From: Flavobacteriales bacterium
GTDB taxonomy: Bacteria > Bacteroidota > Bacteroidia > Palsa-965
NCBI GenBank assembly: GCA_040377305.1
Contig: JBEIPA010000016.1
Location: 1-64,000, forward strand
Direction: 5' to 3'
Length of the DNA: 64,000 bases
The notes below the pieces were generated by a model that did not search any database, was not told the DNA's origin, and was given only the letters and a program-made list of their open reading frames with translations. Below are positions 52,278 through 61,941 of this stretch, in pieces. Numbering within the stretch: the stretch's first letter is position 1; each line of letters starts with the position of its first letter. The translations under genes were made by a program, and so were the position numbers.

Positions 52278-53660
52278 TTACTTCTGCATGTAGTGCTTGT
52301 AGAACAACGGAATAGTCTCAATCCCTTTGAAGTAATTGAAAATTCCGTAGTGCTCATTCGGTGAATGCAACGCATCTGAGTCCAAACCGAATCCAAACAG
52401 TACCGAATCAAGTCCAAGTACAGATTTGAACAGCGCAACAATTGGAATGGATCCGCCACCGCGGGTTGGAATTGGTTTCTTGCCGTATGTTTCCAGCATT
52501 GCATTTGCAGCTGCAGCATACGCAAGTGATGAAGTAGAAACAACAACCGGCTCTCCACCGTGATGATAAGACACTTTCACTTTCACACCTTTCGGTGCAA
52601 TCTTCTTAAAGTGCTCATCAAACAATTTAGAAATCTCTGCTGATGTCTGATTCGGAACCAAACGCATTGAAATCTTTGCAAACGCTTTCGAAGGAAGAAC
52701 AGTCTTCGCACCTTCTCCCGTGTAACCGCTCCAGATTCCGTTCACTTCAAGTGTTGGACGAATGCCTGTGCGTTCAATGGTCGTAAAACCTTTTTCACCC
52801 ATCACCTCGTCGATTTCAAGATCCTTCTTGTATTCATCAAGATTGAATGGAGCTTTGTTCATCTCAGCTCTTTCTTCCGCCGTGAGTTCAGCAACATTGT
52901 TGTAAAAGCCTGGAATCGTAATGTGATAGTTTTCGTCATGCATAGAAGCAATCATACGGCACAATACGTTAGCCGGATTTGCAACTGCTCCACCATAAAC
53001 ACCCGAGTGTAAATCGCGGTTCGGACCAGTTACTTCTACCTCCATGTACGAAAGTCCACGAAGACCAACGTCGATAGAAGGCGTATCGTTTGCAATGATC
53101 GATGTATCTGAAATCAGAATCACATCTGCCTTGAGTTTCTCTTTGTTGTTCTTGAGAAACGTACCGAGGTTTGCAGATCCAACTTCTTCTTCACCCTCAA
53201 TCATGAATTTCACGTTACACGGAAGTGTTTGCGTTTTCAGCATTACCTCCAACGATTTCACGTGCATGAACATTTGTCCTTTGTCGTCGCAAGATCCACG
53301 AGCGAAAATTGCACCTTCAGGGTGAATATCGGTTTTCTTAATTGTAGGTTCAAACGGTGGAGTCGTCCACAATTCCAGTGGATCCGGTGGCTGCACATCG
53401 TAGTGACCGTACACCAAAACAGTTGGCAGTTTCGGATCAATAATTTTCTCAGCATACACAACGGGGTGTCCTTCCGTCGCAATGATCTCCGCATGATCTG
53501 CACCGGCAGCTGTCAACGAAGCCTTCACTGCATCAGCCGTGCGGGCTACATCATCTTTATATTTTGGATCCGCACTCACGGAAGGAATTCTCAGAAGTGC
53601 GAAAAGTTCGTCGAGGAATCGTTGTTTGTTCTGTTCGATGTACTGTTTGTGTGCGCTCAT
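52278..53660 (-). CDS. M20 family dipeptidase
   Basis: YGHYDVQP, ARGSCDDKG, EGEEEVGS, DLHSG, HSPNE; start at MSAHKQ. Confidence 0.93.
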   Translation of the reverse strand: MSAHKQYIEQNKQRFLDELFALLRIPSVSADPKYKDDVARTADAVKASLTAAGADHAEIIATEGHPVVYAEKIIDPKLPTVLVYGHYDVQPPDPLELWTTPPFEPTIKKTDIHPEGAIFARGSCDDKGQMFMHVKSLEVMLKTQTLPCNVKFMIEGEEEVGSANLGTFLKNNKEKLKADVILISDTSIIANDTPSIDVGLRGLSYMEVEVTGPNRDLHSGVYGGAVANPANVLCRMIASMHDENYHITIPGFYNNVAELTAEERAEMNKAPFNLDEYKKDLEIDEVMGEKGFTTIERTGIRPTLEVNGIWSGYTGEGAKTVLPSKAFAKISMRLVPNQTSAEISKLFDEHFKKIAPKGVKVKVSYHHGGEPVVVSTSSLAYAAAANAMLETYGKKPIPTRGGGSIPIVALFKSVLGLDSVLFGFGLDSDALHSPNEHYGIFNYFKGIETIPLFYKHYMQK

Positions 53661-53859
53661 ATTGATTGATTTTAAGCCCATTTTGCGAGCCGAGGACGAA
53701 AATGGGGTAAAATTCCGTCTGTTGCACGGTATCATTCCCATTTTTTCGCTCATCAATCAAAACACCATGGAAAAGTTGAAATTCAGGGTATAAAAGGTTA
53801 TTTTTGAGGCTAAGCAAACCGTGCATTCCAATCTCCCCGGAATGTTAATTTACAATACA

Positions 53860-55746
53860 ATGACAAAAAAGCTATTCAGTCTGGCGACAACCTGCATGTT
53901 GGTTGGTGGAATTTTTATTTCAAACCAATCGCACGCGCAGATCGCTACAACAACAACATTAACACCTCAGCAGCTCGTAACGAACGTGTTGTTAGGACCT
54001 GGGGTTATTGCTTCGAACATCGTGTACACAGGAGCGCCCGATGCAATTGGTTTTTTCAACGGTGGTATGACCGGAATCACTCCGTTGAACATTGACAGCG
54101 GTGTTGTAATGACGACCGGAACTGTACTCAACAACGGTAATGGTCCGCAAGGCCCGAATATTTCTACAGGAGCCGGAACAGATAATCTTCAGCCAGGTGA
54201 TGCGTACCTCACATCCATTGCAGGTGCAAACACATTCAACGCTGCAATTCTCGAGTTCGACTTTATTCCAATGGCCGATTCCGTGAAATTCCGTTACGTT
54301 TTCGGAACAGACGAGTACATGGAATACGTTTCCGGTGGATTCGCCGACGTGTTCGCATTCGTATTGAGTGGAGTATCGGTTCCTCTTGCTCCAACCAATA
54401 TTGCACTCATTCCATCAACTACAAATCCCGTGACGGCATTAACAGTAAATGCGAATAATAACCCGCAATATTATGTAGACAATGAAAATCCTCCCGGAAC
54501 CTGCGTTCAGTATGATGGATTTACTGTTGTCCTCACAGCGCAATATCCGGTTCAATGCGGAGAAACATATCACATTCGCCTTGCGATTGCAGATGCACTC
54601 GACGGAATTGTTGACGCTGGTGTATTTCTCGAAGCAGGTTCGTTTACCACAGGACAAGTGAATCTTGCAACCGAAATCAGCTATGGAAGCAACAATGATT
54701 CTACTTTGTACGAAGGTTGCGGACAGGCATGCATCATTCTTGCACGCACTGGAAGCACGGCACAAACAGACACAATTTCATTGACGATTTCAGGAACTGC
54801 AGTTAACGGTGTTGATTACGTTCCAACTCTTCCATCCACTGTAATTTTCCAGCCTGGACAAGATTCAATTGTAATCTGCATCTCGGCTGTTCAGGACGGA
54901 AATCCGGAAGGGTTAGAAACACTGATTATTAACTCATCTGCTCAAGGACCCTGCGTGCAAAGTGTAACAAGCCTTACACTTTACATTAGTGATTTCCTTC
55001 CGCTCGTTGCGTATGCAGGGCCAGACACTGCAATGTGCGATCCGAATCCTGTGACCCTCGGTGGACCGGCAACGGGTGGTGTTGAACCTTATTCGTACTT
55101 ATGGAATACGGGCGCTACAACATCGCAGATCACGGTACAGCCAACGGTAACTACAACTTATTATGTTCAGGTTAGTGATCCGTGCGGTTCTCCAATCGGC
55201 ATTGATTCTGTAACTGTTTATCTCCCGAGCGCGAACGCACTTCAGGCGATTGTATCAAACGATCTTGAAATTTGCGATGGTGATGAAGTTCTTATGACTG
55301 TAAGCCCATCTGGCGGATCACTACCTTACACCATTCAATGGTTAACTGCCGTAGGTCCTGACTCAGTGCCAAATCCGAATTCTACGCTCAACATTTTCAC
55401 ACCAACTGCAAATGGAACATTTGTAATTATGGTGCAGGAAGGTTGTGGAGATATCGTAATGGATACAATTACTGTGATTATGAACGATTGCGCTGTTATT
55501 CCTCCGAACGTATTTACACCGGGAAGTGATGGCGTAAACGACTTACTTGTATTCGACGGCCTCGATGATTACCCGAACAGCTCACTGTACATTTATAACC
55601 GTTGGGGTAATAAAATTTACGAGGACATGAACTACCAGAACAACTGGAATGGAAATCAGGTTGTAGACGGTACCTATTATTACATTCTTACATTGAACGA
55701 CGGGCGCAGCTTGACTGGATTCGTCACAATCATCAACGGAAAATAA
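53860..55746 (+). CDS. Choice-of-anchor L domain protein with a Calx-beta-like domain and T9SS type B CTD
   Basis: YVFGTDEY, QYDGFT, LAIADALDGIVDAGVF; GTAVNGVDY; PNVFTP...YNRWG...GTYYY. Confidence 0.85.
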   Translation: MTKKLFSLATTCMLVGGIFISNQSHAQIATTTTLTPQQLVTNVLLGPGVIASNIVYTGAPDAIGFFNGGMTGITPLNIDSGVVMTTGTVLNNGNGPQGPNISTGAGTDNLQPGDAYLTSIAGANTFNAAILEFDFIPMADSVKFRYVFGTDEYMEYVSGGFADVFAFVLSGVSVPLAPTNIALIPSTTNPVTALTVNANNNPQYYVDNENPPGTCVQYDGFTVVLTAQYPVQCGETYHIRLAIADALDGIVDAGVFLEAGSFTTGQVNLATEISYGSNNDSTLYEGCGQACIILARTGSTAQTDTISLTISGTAVNGVDYVPTLPSTVIFQPGQDSIVICISAVQDGNPEGLETLIINSSAQGPCVQSVTSLTLYISDFLPLVAYAGPDTAMCDPNPVTLGGPATGGVEPYSYLWNTGATTSQITVQPTVTTTYYVQVSDPCGSPIGIDSVTVYLPSANALQAIVSNDLEICDGDEVLMTVSPSGGSLPYTIQWLTAVGPDSVPNPNSTLNIFTPTANGTFVIMVQEGCGDIVMDTITVIMNDCAVIPPNVFTPGSDGVNDLLVFDGLDDYPNSSLYIYNRWGNKIYEDMNYQNNWNGNQVVDGTYYYILTLNDGRSLTGFVTIINGK

Positions 55747-55818
55747 CCCTTTACCTCCCGACTCAGGAAGCTGATAAAGTCGGGAGCCCCACATCCCCAA
55801 CGTGAGGCTCGAAAGTAA

Positions 55819-57972
55819 ATGAAGAAAATTAGTCGCCTTGTTGTGTTATTCTCGCTGCTGATCTGCAGTGGGACTCTCCGCGCTACACATATTGTGGGTG
55901 GTGAAATTTATTATGATTGTTTGGGCAACAACGACTATCGGATAACACTGAAACTGTATCGCGATTGTATAAACGGAGTTGCCGCTTATGACAACCCTGC
56001 TTCCATCGGAATATTCAATACGGCTGGTGTTTTATTAAATAGCATCGGACTTCCGTTTCCCGGTTCAAACTTTGTTCCGCCTACAATCAACAGTCCTTGT
56101 TACACACCTCCGCAAAACGTGTGTGTGGAAGAAGCAATTTATCAGGGCGTTGTAAATCTGCCACCAATTGCAGGAGGGTATGTTATATCCTATCAACGCT
56201 GTTGCAGAAACAATACCATCCTGAATCTGATTAATCCAGGCGGAGTTGGATCGACTTATACAATCAATATTCCTCCAACAAACCTTGCTGTGTGTAACAG
56301 CAGTGCGCGTTACAACAACTTCCCTCCGATTTATTTGTGCGAAGGTGCGCCACTTGTGTTCGACCACTCAGCAACCGATCCGGATGGAGATTCACTCGTG
56401 TACGAATTGTGCGATCCTTTTGATGGAGCAAGCGCGGCTGTTCCGCAACCAGTTCCGCCTGCAGGACCTCCGTATGCATTCGTGCCGTTTGCACCACCAT
56501 ACAGCGGAGCTAATCCGATGAGCGCGAATCCAGCTATGGCAATTGATCCGGTAACAGGATTACTCACGGGCACTCCAAACTTGTCAGGACAATGGGTTGT
56601 TGGTGTATGTTGCAAAGAATATCGCAACGGACAATTGATTTGTGTGAACAAACGCGACTTCCAGTTCAACGTACTTCCGTGTCCGTTGCTCACAGTGAGT
56701 TCTATTCCGAATCAAACGGTTTTCTGTGCAGGTTACACGGTGCAGTTTCAGAACAACAGCTTCAACGCCTCCAGTTACCTGTGGAATTTTGGTGATCCAA
56801 CTACATTTGGTGATACATCGAATGCGTTCCAGCCAATGTGGACTTTTGCCGATACCGGTGTTTACACGGTTACACTCATCTGCAATCCAAACACGTTGTG
56901 TGCTGACACCAATACTTCTGTGTTCGAAATCTATCCGCCTGTTCAACCAAACTTTCTTACTCCAGCCGGACAATGTGTAGACGGCAACAGCTTCGACTTT
57001 TTCATTGGCGGACAGTTCATGGGCAGTGGTACTACTACGTGGACGTTCGGCGCAAATGCAAATCCGCAAAACTCAACGGTCAATGATCCGCAAGACATTG
57101 TTTGGAATTCACCAGGAAATTATCCTGTTACTGTTCAGGTTGATGAGAACGGTTGCACCGGAATATTCACAGACACAGTGATCGTTTATCCAATGCCGAC
57201 TGCAGATTTCAACACGGGTCCATTCGTTGGATGTCAGCCTTTCTACGTGCAGTTTGAGGACAGCTCCATTGCAGGAACTCAATTGTATTACCATTGGGAT
57301 TTTGGTGATGGCGATACATCAAATCATCCGGATCCGTTTCACATTTATCCGAACGTGGGTGTTTATGATGTAACGTTGATTATCTGGACAACGAATGGTT
57401 GCATTTCCATTGATACGATTACGGTTCCCGGTGCAGTAACTGTCAATCCAACACCGGTTGCAAGCTTCGGAGTTTCTGATACATCTGTTTCGATTTTCAC
57501 CCCGTTCATTACGGTTTCTGATTCGAGTTTCGGTGCCGATTCCTGCTGGCTCGATTTCGGTGATGGTTACTGGACGAACGACTGTAACGCGAGTCACACG
57601 TATTGGGCGTACGGCGATTACACGATCACACAAATTGTAGTGAATGAATTCGGTTGTCCCGACACAGCTTACATCCAAGTGGAAGTAACACCTGAACATC
57701 GTTTCTTCACTCCAAATACATTTACTCCAAATGGCGATGGACTCAACGATGTGTTCATGCCTGCGATAATGGGTGCTGAACAATATCATTTCATGATCTT
57801 CGATCGCTGGGGCATGCTCATCTTCGAAACCTACGATATCTACACGGGATGGGATGGACGTTTCAAAGGCAACAAATGTCAGATCGACGTTTACGTCTGG
57901 AAAGTTGATTACCTCGATGTAGAACACATGGAAAGTGTGTCTGTAATGGGGCATGTTAACCTTATTCGCTAG
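55819..57972 (+). CDS. PKD-domain surface protein with T9SS type B CTD
   Basis: HIVGGEIYY/YRDC/CCRN N-domain, repeated W(D/N)FGD, PNTFTPNGDGLND...FDRWG. Confidence 0.88.
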   Translation: MKKISRLVVLFSLLICSGTLRATHIVGGEIYYDCLGNNDYRITLKLYRDCINGVAAYDNPASIGIFNTAGVLLNSIGLPFPGSNFVPPTINSPCYTPPQNVCVEEAIYQGVVNLPPIAGGYVISYQRCCRNNTILNLINPGGVGSTYTINIPPTNLAVCNSSARYNNFPPIYLCEGAPLVFDHSATDPDGDSLVYELCDPFDGASAAVPQPVPPAGPPYAFVPFAPPYSGANPMSANPAMAIDPVTGLLTGTPNLSGQWVVGVCCKEYRNGQLICVNKRDFQFNVLPCPLLTVSSIPNQTVFCAGYTVQFQNNSFNASSYLWNFGDPTTFGDTSNAFQPMWTFADTGVYTVTLICNPNTLCADTNTSVFEIYPPVQPNFLTPAGQCVDGNSFDFFIGGQFMGSGTTTWTFGANANPQNSTVNDPQDIVWNSPGNYPVTVQVDENGCTGIFTDTVIVYPMPTADFNTGPFVGCQPFYVQFEDSSIAGTQLYYHWDFGDGDTSNHPDPFHIYPNVGVYDVTLIIWTTNGCISIDTITVPGAVTVNPTPVASFGVSDTSVSIFTPFITVSDSSFGADSCWLDFGDGYWTNDCNASHTYWAYGDYTITQIVVNEFGCPDTAYIQVEVTPEHRFFTPNTFTPNGDGLNDVFMPAIMGAEQYHFMIFDRWGMLIFETYDIYTGWDGRFKGNKCQIDVYVWKVDYLDVEHMESVSVMGHVNLIR

Positions 57973-57994
57973 CCTCGTTTGCCTGCGGCGCTTA

Positions 57995-58174
57995 CCACGG
58001 CGACGCGGCGTTACGGAGAAAAAAATCTACCGCGTTAATAAATGCCCATGGCCCAACCGGCGGTCACGCAGAATGTGATGTCGGGATCCTAATCCCGTCA
58101 ATGATTTACGCCGTGACCGCCGGTTGAGTTTAGAACAAGAAACACTTTTCCGCCGTTTCTCCGCGTCGCCGTGG
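57995..58174. repeat. Nested inverted-repeat element, family B, copy 2, inverted relative to copy 1
   Basis: CCACGGCGACGCGG / CCGCGTCGCCGTGG ends; inner CCGGCGGTCACG / CGTGACCGCCGG. Confidence 0.85.
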
Positions 58175-58206
58175 TAAGCGTCGCAGACAGCCATTATATT
58201 TGTAAC

Positions 58207-58533
58207 ATGAGCGATCAGGTTTTCGATAAACACATTTTCATTTGCACCAACCAACGCGGAGAAGGTGCTGCACGTCGTAGTTGCGGAGAAGCTCATGGCA
58301 TGAGTATCGTTGACGAATTTCGTCGCATACTCAAAGAGAAAAAATTACCGATGCGAATTCGCGCGCAGAAATCCGGATGTTTGGACATTTGCGATTTCGG
58401 TCAGACTGTTGCAGTATATCCGGAAGGAATATTTTACGTTGGAGTTCAGCTGAGCGATGTGCCGGAAATTATTGATGAGCACATTGTGAATAATCGTCCG
58501 GTGGAGCGGTTGCGATTCAGAAGGCGTGCATGA
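58207..58533 (+). CDS. Thioredoxin-like [2Fe-2S] ferredoxin
   Basis: HIFICTNQR...SC...GCLDIC...VYPEGIFY; ATG directly after a TATATTTG box. Confidence 0.88.
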   Translation: MSDQVFDKHIFICTNQRGEGAARRSCGEAHGMSIVDEFRRILKEKKLPMRIRAQKSGCLDICDFGQTVAVYPEGIFYVGVQLSDVPEIIDEHIVNNRPVERLRFRRRA

Positions 58534-58535
58534 TT

Positions 58536-58731
58536 GGAATGCGGATTTTTATGCACGTGAGCTGTTGGTGTTCCCTTCGTATCATTCTTGTAAATTTCGA
58601 ATCCGGTATTTGTATCTTATGAGATAGATTTGTTAAGCATATCTCATAAAATCGGATTCACAACCTTAACAAGCACAACAATCATCTGGTTTAAGTAGAT
58701 AGAAAACATCGAACATAGAAATCCGCGTTCC
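58536..58731. repeat. Nested inverted-repeat element, family A, copy 3
   Basis: GGAATGCGGATTTTTATG / CATAGAAATCCGCGTTCC ends; central TTATGAGATA / TATCTCATAA. Confidence 0.85.
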
Positions 58732-58733
58732 AA

Positions 58734-59093
58734 TTGAATCTCCCCAATCACGCTCCTTCCTCGCTTCACGAAACAGACGTCATCAAACAACTGCTTCCTT
58801 CCGCTATTCAAATTCTCCAAAATGATTTTCTGCTTAGCGGTCTGGAATGTTCCCTCGACAATTTTCAAGGCGATGTATTTCTCCTTCGCGATTCAATAGT
58901 TCCATGCGTTAACCGAACAGGAGGGCCGGGTTCAGAAGCGTTTTATCGTTTGCTCTATCGGGTCGATATTCCTGAAACAAAAGTGGCCGAAGCCCTAAGT
59001 ACCGAAGGAAACACCCCGGTTGCTGTAATTATCAGCGAATTGCTGGTAATCAGGGCGCTACAGAAAGCCTATTACCGGTTAAAGTTCGGTTGA
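58734..59093 (+). CDS. Hypothetical protein (Bacteroidota LLYRxD-type small helical protein)
   Basis: LLYRVDIPE...RALQKAYYR; TTG start uncertain. Confidence 0.6.
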   Translation: MNLPNHAPSSLHETDVIKQLLPSAIQILQNDFLLSGLECSLDNFQGDVFLLRDSIVPCVNRTGGPGSEAFYRLLYRVDIPETKVAEALSTEGNTPVAVIISELLVIRALQKAYYRLKFG

Positions 59094-59205
59094 TTTCGGT
59101 ACGTCTCACCAATGAACTGACACCACAGAAACACGTAACTTTGCACTGCTGTTAGGTCTGATACATAAATCGTATCAGTCACAGACCTTACAACACTGTG
59201 TAGCA

Positions 59206-61941
59206 ATGGACAATCTAGATTTCCTAAGTGGAGCCGATCCTGAATCATTAGACGAACTTTATCGCCGGTTTAAAGCAGACAAGAATTCAGTAGACGAAAG
59301 CTGGCGGCATTTCTTTCAGGGCTTCGCATTCGCAAGAAGAAATTACTCCGACTCCGACGGAATTCCTGAACGGGTTAGGAAAGAATTTAACGTGATCAAT
59401 CTGATCAACGGTTATCGTTCGCGTGGACACTTGTTCACGAGAACGAATCCTGTTCGTGAGCGCAGAAAATATAATCCGAATCTCGCGATCGAAAATTTCG
59501 GTTTGGAGAAATCAGATCTTGAAGAAACATTTCAGGCTGGAACACAAATCGGAATTGGTCCGGCAACGTTGAAAAATATCGTTGCGCATCTGGAACAAAC
59601 GTATTGTCGTTCTATTGGTGCGGAGTATATGTTTGTCCGCGATCCGCAGAAGCTGAAATGGCTACAGGAGCGTATGGAGAAGAGCCGTAACGCGCCTTCA
59701 TTCAGCAAGCAGGAGAAAAAAGATATCCTGGAGAAGCTTACGCAGGCCGTACTATTCGAAAGCTTTCTTCACACCAAATTCGTTGGACAAAAACGTTTCT
59801 CATTGGAAGGAATGGAAACGTTGATTCCTGCAATGAACACCTTGATTTGTCATGGTGCGACTGTTGGCATTAGCGATTACGTGATCGGAATGGCTCACCG
59901 CGGGCGATTAAACGTTCTCGCGAACATCATGAATAAGTCGTACCGCGATTTGTTCGTGGAGTTTGAAGGCGCGCCCACCGACGATGCCTTGTACGATGGC
60001 GATGTGAAATATCACATGGGCTTCAGTTCTGATCGTACACTGGAAAATGGAAATAAAGTTCACATCAGCCTTACAGCAAATCCTTCTCACCTTGAAGCCG
60101 TTGCTCCGGTTGTAGAAGGCATTACGCGTTCGAAAATTGATCACGTACATGGAGGGAAAATGAGTGCCGCTTGTCCGATCATCATTCATGGTGATGCCGC
60201 AATTGCCGGACAAGGGGTTGTTTACGAAGTGATACAGATGATGAAGCTGGATGCTTATCAAACCGGTGGTACTGTACACATCGTAACGAACAACCAGGTT
60301 GGATTCACCACGAATTATCTGGATGCGCGTTCATCAACGTATTGCACCGATGTGGCGAAAGTTGTTCTGTCTCCTGTATTCCACGTAAACGGTGACGATG
60401 TAGAAGCGGTGACGTTCGCAATTAAAATGGCACTCGATTACCGTCAGGAATTTGGTCGCGATGTATTTATCGATCTTCTTGGTTATCGCAAATACGGACA
60501 CAATGAAGGAGATGAACCACGCTTCACTCAGCCTGTGTTGTACAAAGAAATTGCAAAGCATCCGAACCCACGTTCAGTGTATGTGGAGCAACTAATAGAG
60601 GATGGCATTATCACCGCTGAAGAAGCGAAAGCCAGTGAAGTGGAATTTAAATCTTTGCTCGAACAGGAATTAGATACTGCGCGCAAAGAAGGAAAAACGA
60701 AAATTACTTCTCACCTCGAAGGACCTTGGAAAGGATTACGTCGTTCGGTGAGCAAAGATTTTGCTTCTTCGCCTGAGACCGGAACGAACAAGAAAGTTAC
60801 GCTCGAGCTTGCCAGAAAGATCAGCACGTTGCCGCCTGAAATGAAGTTCTTCAGTAAAGTCGGAAACATTTTCAAAGATCGCCTGGCGATGATTGAAAAG
60901 GATTCGTTCGACTGGGCAATGGGAGAATTGCTTGCCTATGCAACTTTGCTCAATGAAGGTTTTCCGATTCGTTTTTCCGGACAAGACGTTGAACGCGGAA
61001 CATTCTCACATCGTCACGCTGTTGTAAAGATTGATGAATCAGAGCAGGAATATGTTCCGCTCAATCATCTTTCAGATAAACAGGCGAAGTTTGAAATTTA
61101 CAACTCCCATCTTTCAGAATACGCAGTTCTCGGATTCGAGCTCGGTTACGCAATGGGTACTCCTCGCGGACTCACCATTTGGGAAGCACAGTTCGGAGAT
61201 TTCTTCAATGGCGCTCAGATTATCATTGACCAGTTCCTCACCAGCGCCGAATACAAATGGCGTCGCATGTGCGGACTCGTCATGTTGTTGCCTCATGGAT
61301 ACGAAGGGCAAGGACCGGAACACTCCAGTGCCCGCCTCGAACGTTTTCTTCAGCAATGTGCAGAAGACAATATGCAGATTGTGAATGCAACAACACCGGC
61401 ACAGCAATTCCACGTACTCCGTCGTCAGCTTCACCGCGATTTCAGAAAGCCGTTGATTTGCTTCACTCCTAAAAAACTCCTTCGCTATTCAACTTGCGTA
61501 TCGAAGATGGAAGATTTCACCGATGGAAAATTTGAAGAAGTACTTGATGATACTTCCATCAAACCGGAGAAAGTGAAAAAGCTCGTCTTCTGTTCCGGGA
61601 AAATCTATTACGATCTGATCGAACATCGCGAGAAACTCAAGAATACAGATACGGCAATAGTTCGTATCGAACAGCTTTATCCGATTCCTTACAACCAATT
61701 GGTGTCCATCATTTCCAGATATACCAACGTCAAAGAATACGTTTGGGCGCAGGAAGAACCGGAAAATATGGGTGCATGGAGCTTCATGAACAGAAAATTC
61801 AAAACTCCTACTCCACTCATTTACGTAGGACGTGATGAAGCTGCAAGTCCCGCTACCGGATTTGCTAAAATGCACAATGCAGAAACGTATGCCATCATGG
61901 ACGCAGTGTTCATGCCTGTACTAAAAGATCAAAAAGTATAA
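59206..61941 (+). CDS. sucA: 2-oxoglutarate dehydrogenase E1
   Basis: KRFSLEG, GMAHRGRLN, HGDAA, HGYEGQGPEHSS. Confidence 0.97.
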   Translation: MDNLDFLSGADPESLDELYRRFKADKNSVDESWRHFFQGFAFARRNYSDSDGIPERVRKEFNVINLINGYRSRGHLFTRTNPVRERRKYNPNLAIENFGLEKSDLEETFQAGTQIGIGPATLKNIVAHLEQTYCRSIGAEYMFVRDPQKLKWLQERMEKSRNAPSFSKQEKKDILEKLTQAVLFESFLHTKFVGQKRFSLEGMETLIPAMNTLICHGATVGISDYVIGMAHRGRLNVLANIMNKSYRDLFVEFEGAPTDDALYDGDVKYHMGFSSDRTLENGNKVHISLTANPSHLEAVAPVVEGITRSKIDHVHGGKMSAACPIIIHGDAAIAGQGVVYEVIQMMKLDAYQTGGTVHIVTNNQVGFTTNYLDARSSTYCTDVAKVVLSPVFHVNGDDVEAVTFAIKMALDYRQEFGRDVFIDLLGYRKYGHNEGDEPRFTQPVLYKEIAKHPNPRSVYVEQLIEDGIITAEEAKASEVEFKSLLEQELDTARKEGKTKITSHLEGPWKGLRRSVSKDFASSPETGTNKKVTLELARKISTLPPEMKFFSKVGNIFKDRLAMIEKDSFDWAMGELLAYATLLNEGFPIRFSGQDVERGTFSHRHAVVKIDESEQEYVPLNHLSDKQAKFEIYNSHLSEYAVLGFELGYAMGTPRGLTIWEAQFGDFFNGAQIIIDQFLTSAEYKWRRMCGLVMLLPHGYEGQGPEHSSARLERFLQQCAEDNMQIVNATTPAQQFHVLRRQLHRDFRKPLICFTPKKLLRYSTCVSKMEDFTDGKFEEVLDDTSIKPEKVKKLVFCSGKIYYDLIEHREKLKNTDTAIVRIEQLYPIPYNQLVSIISRYTNVKEYVWAQEEPENMGAWSFMNRKFKTPTPLIYVGRDEAASPATGFAKMHNAETYAIMDAVFMPVLKDQKV

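Noticed and set aside
57319-57954. Long antisense ORFs (for example 57319-57954, 45561-46115, 5545-6090)
   Set aside because: They are shadows of well-supported genes and have no recognisable motifs
21073-58731. Repeat families as a CRISPR array or integron attC sites
   Set aside because: They are dispersed inverted elements rather than direct repeat-spacer arrays; there is no cas or integrase gene and no RYYYAAC/GTTRRRY ends; neighbours are housekeeping genes
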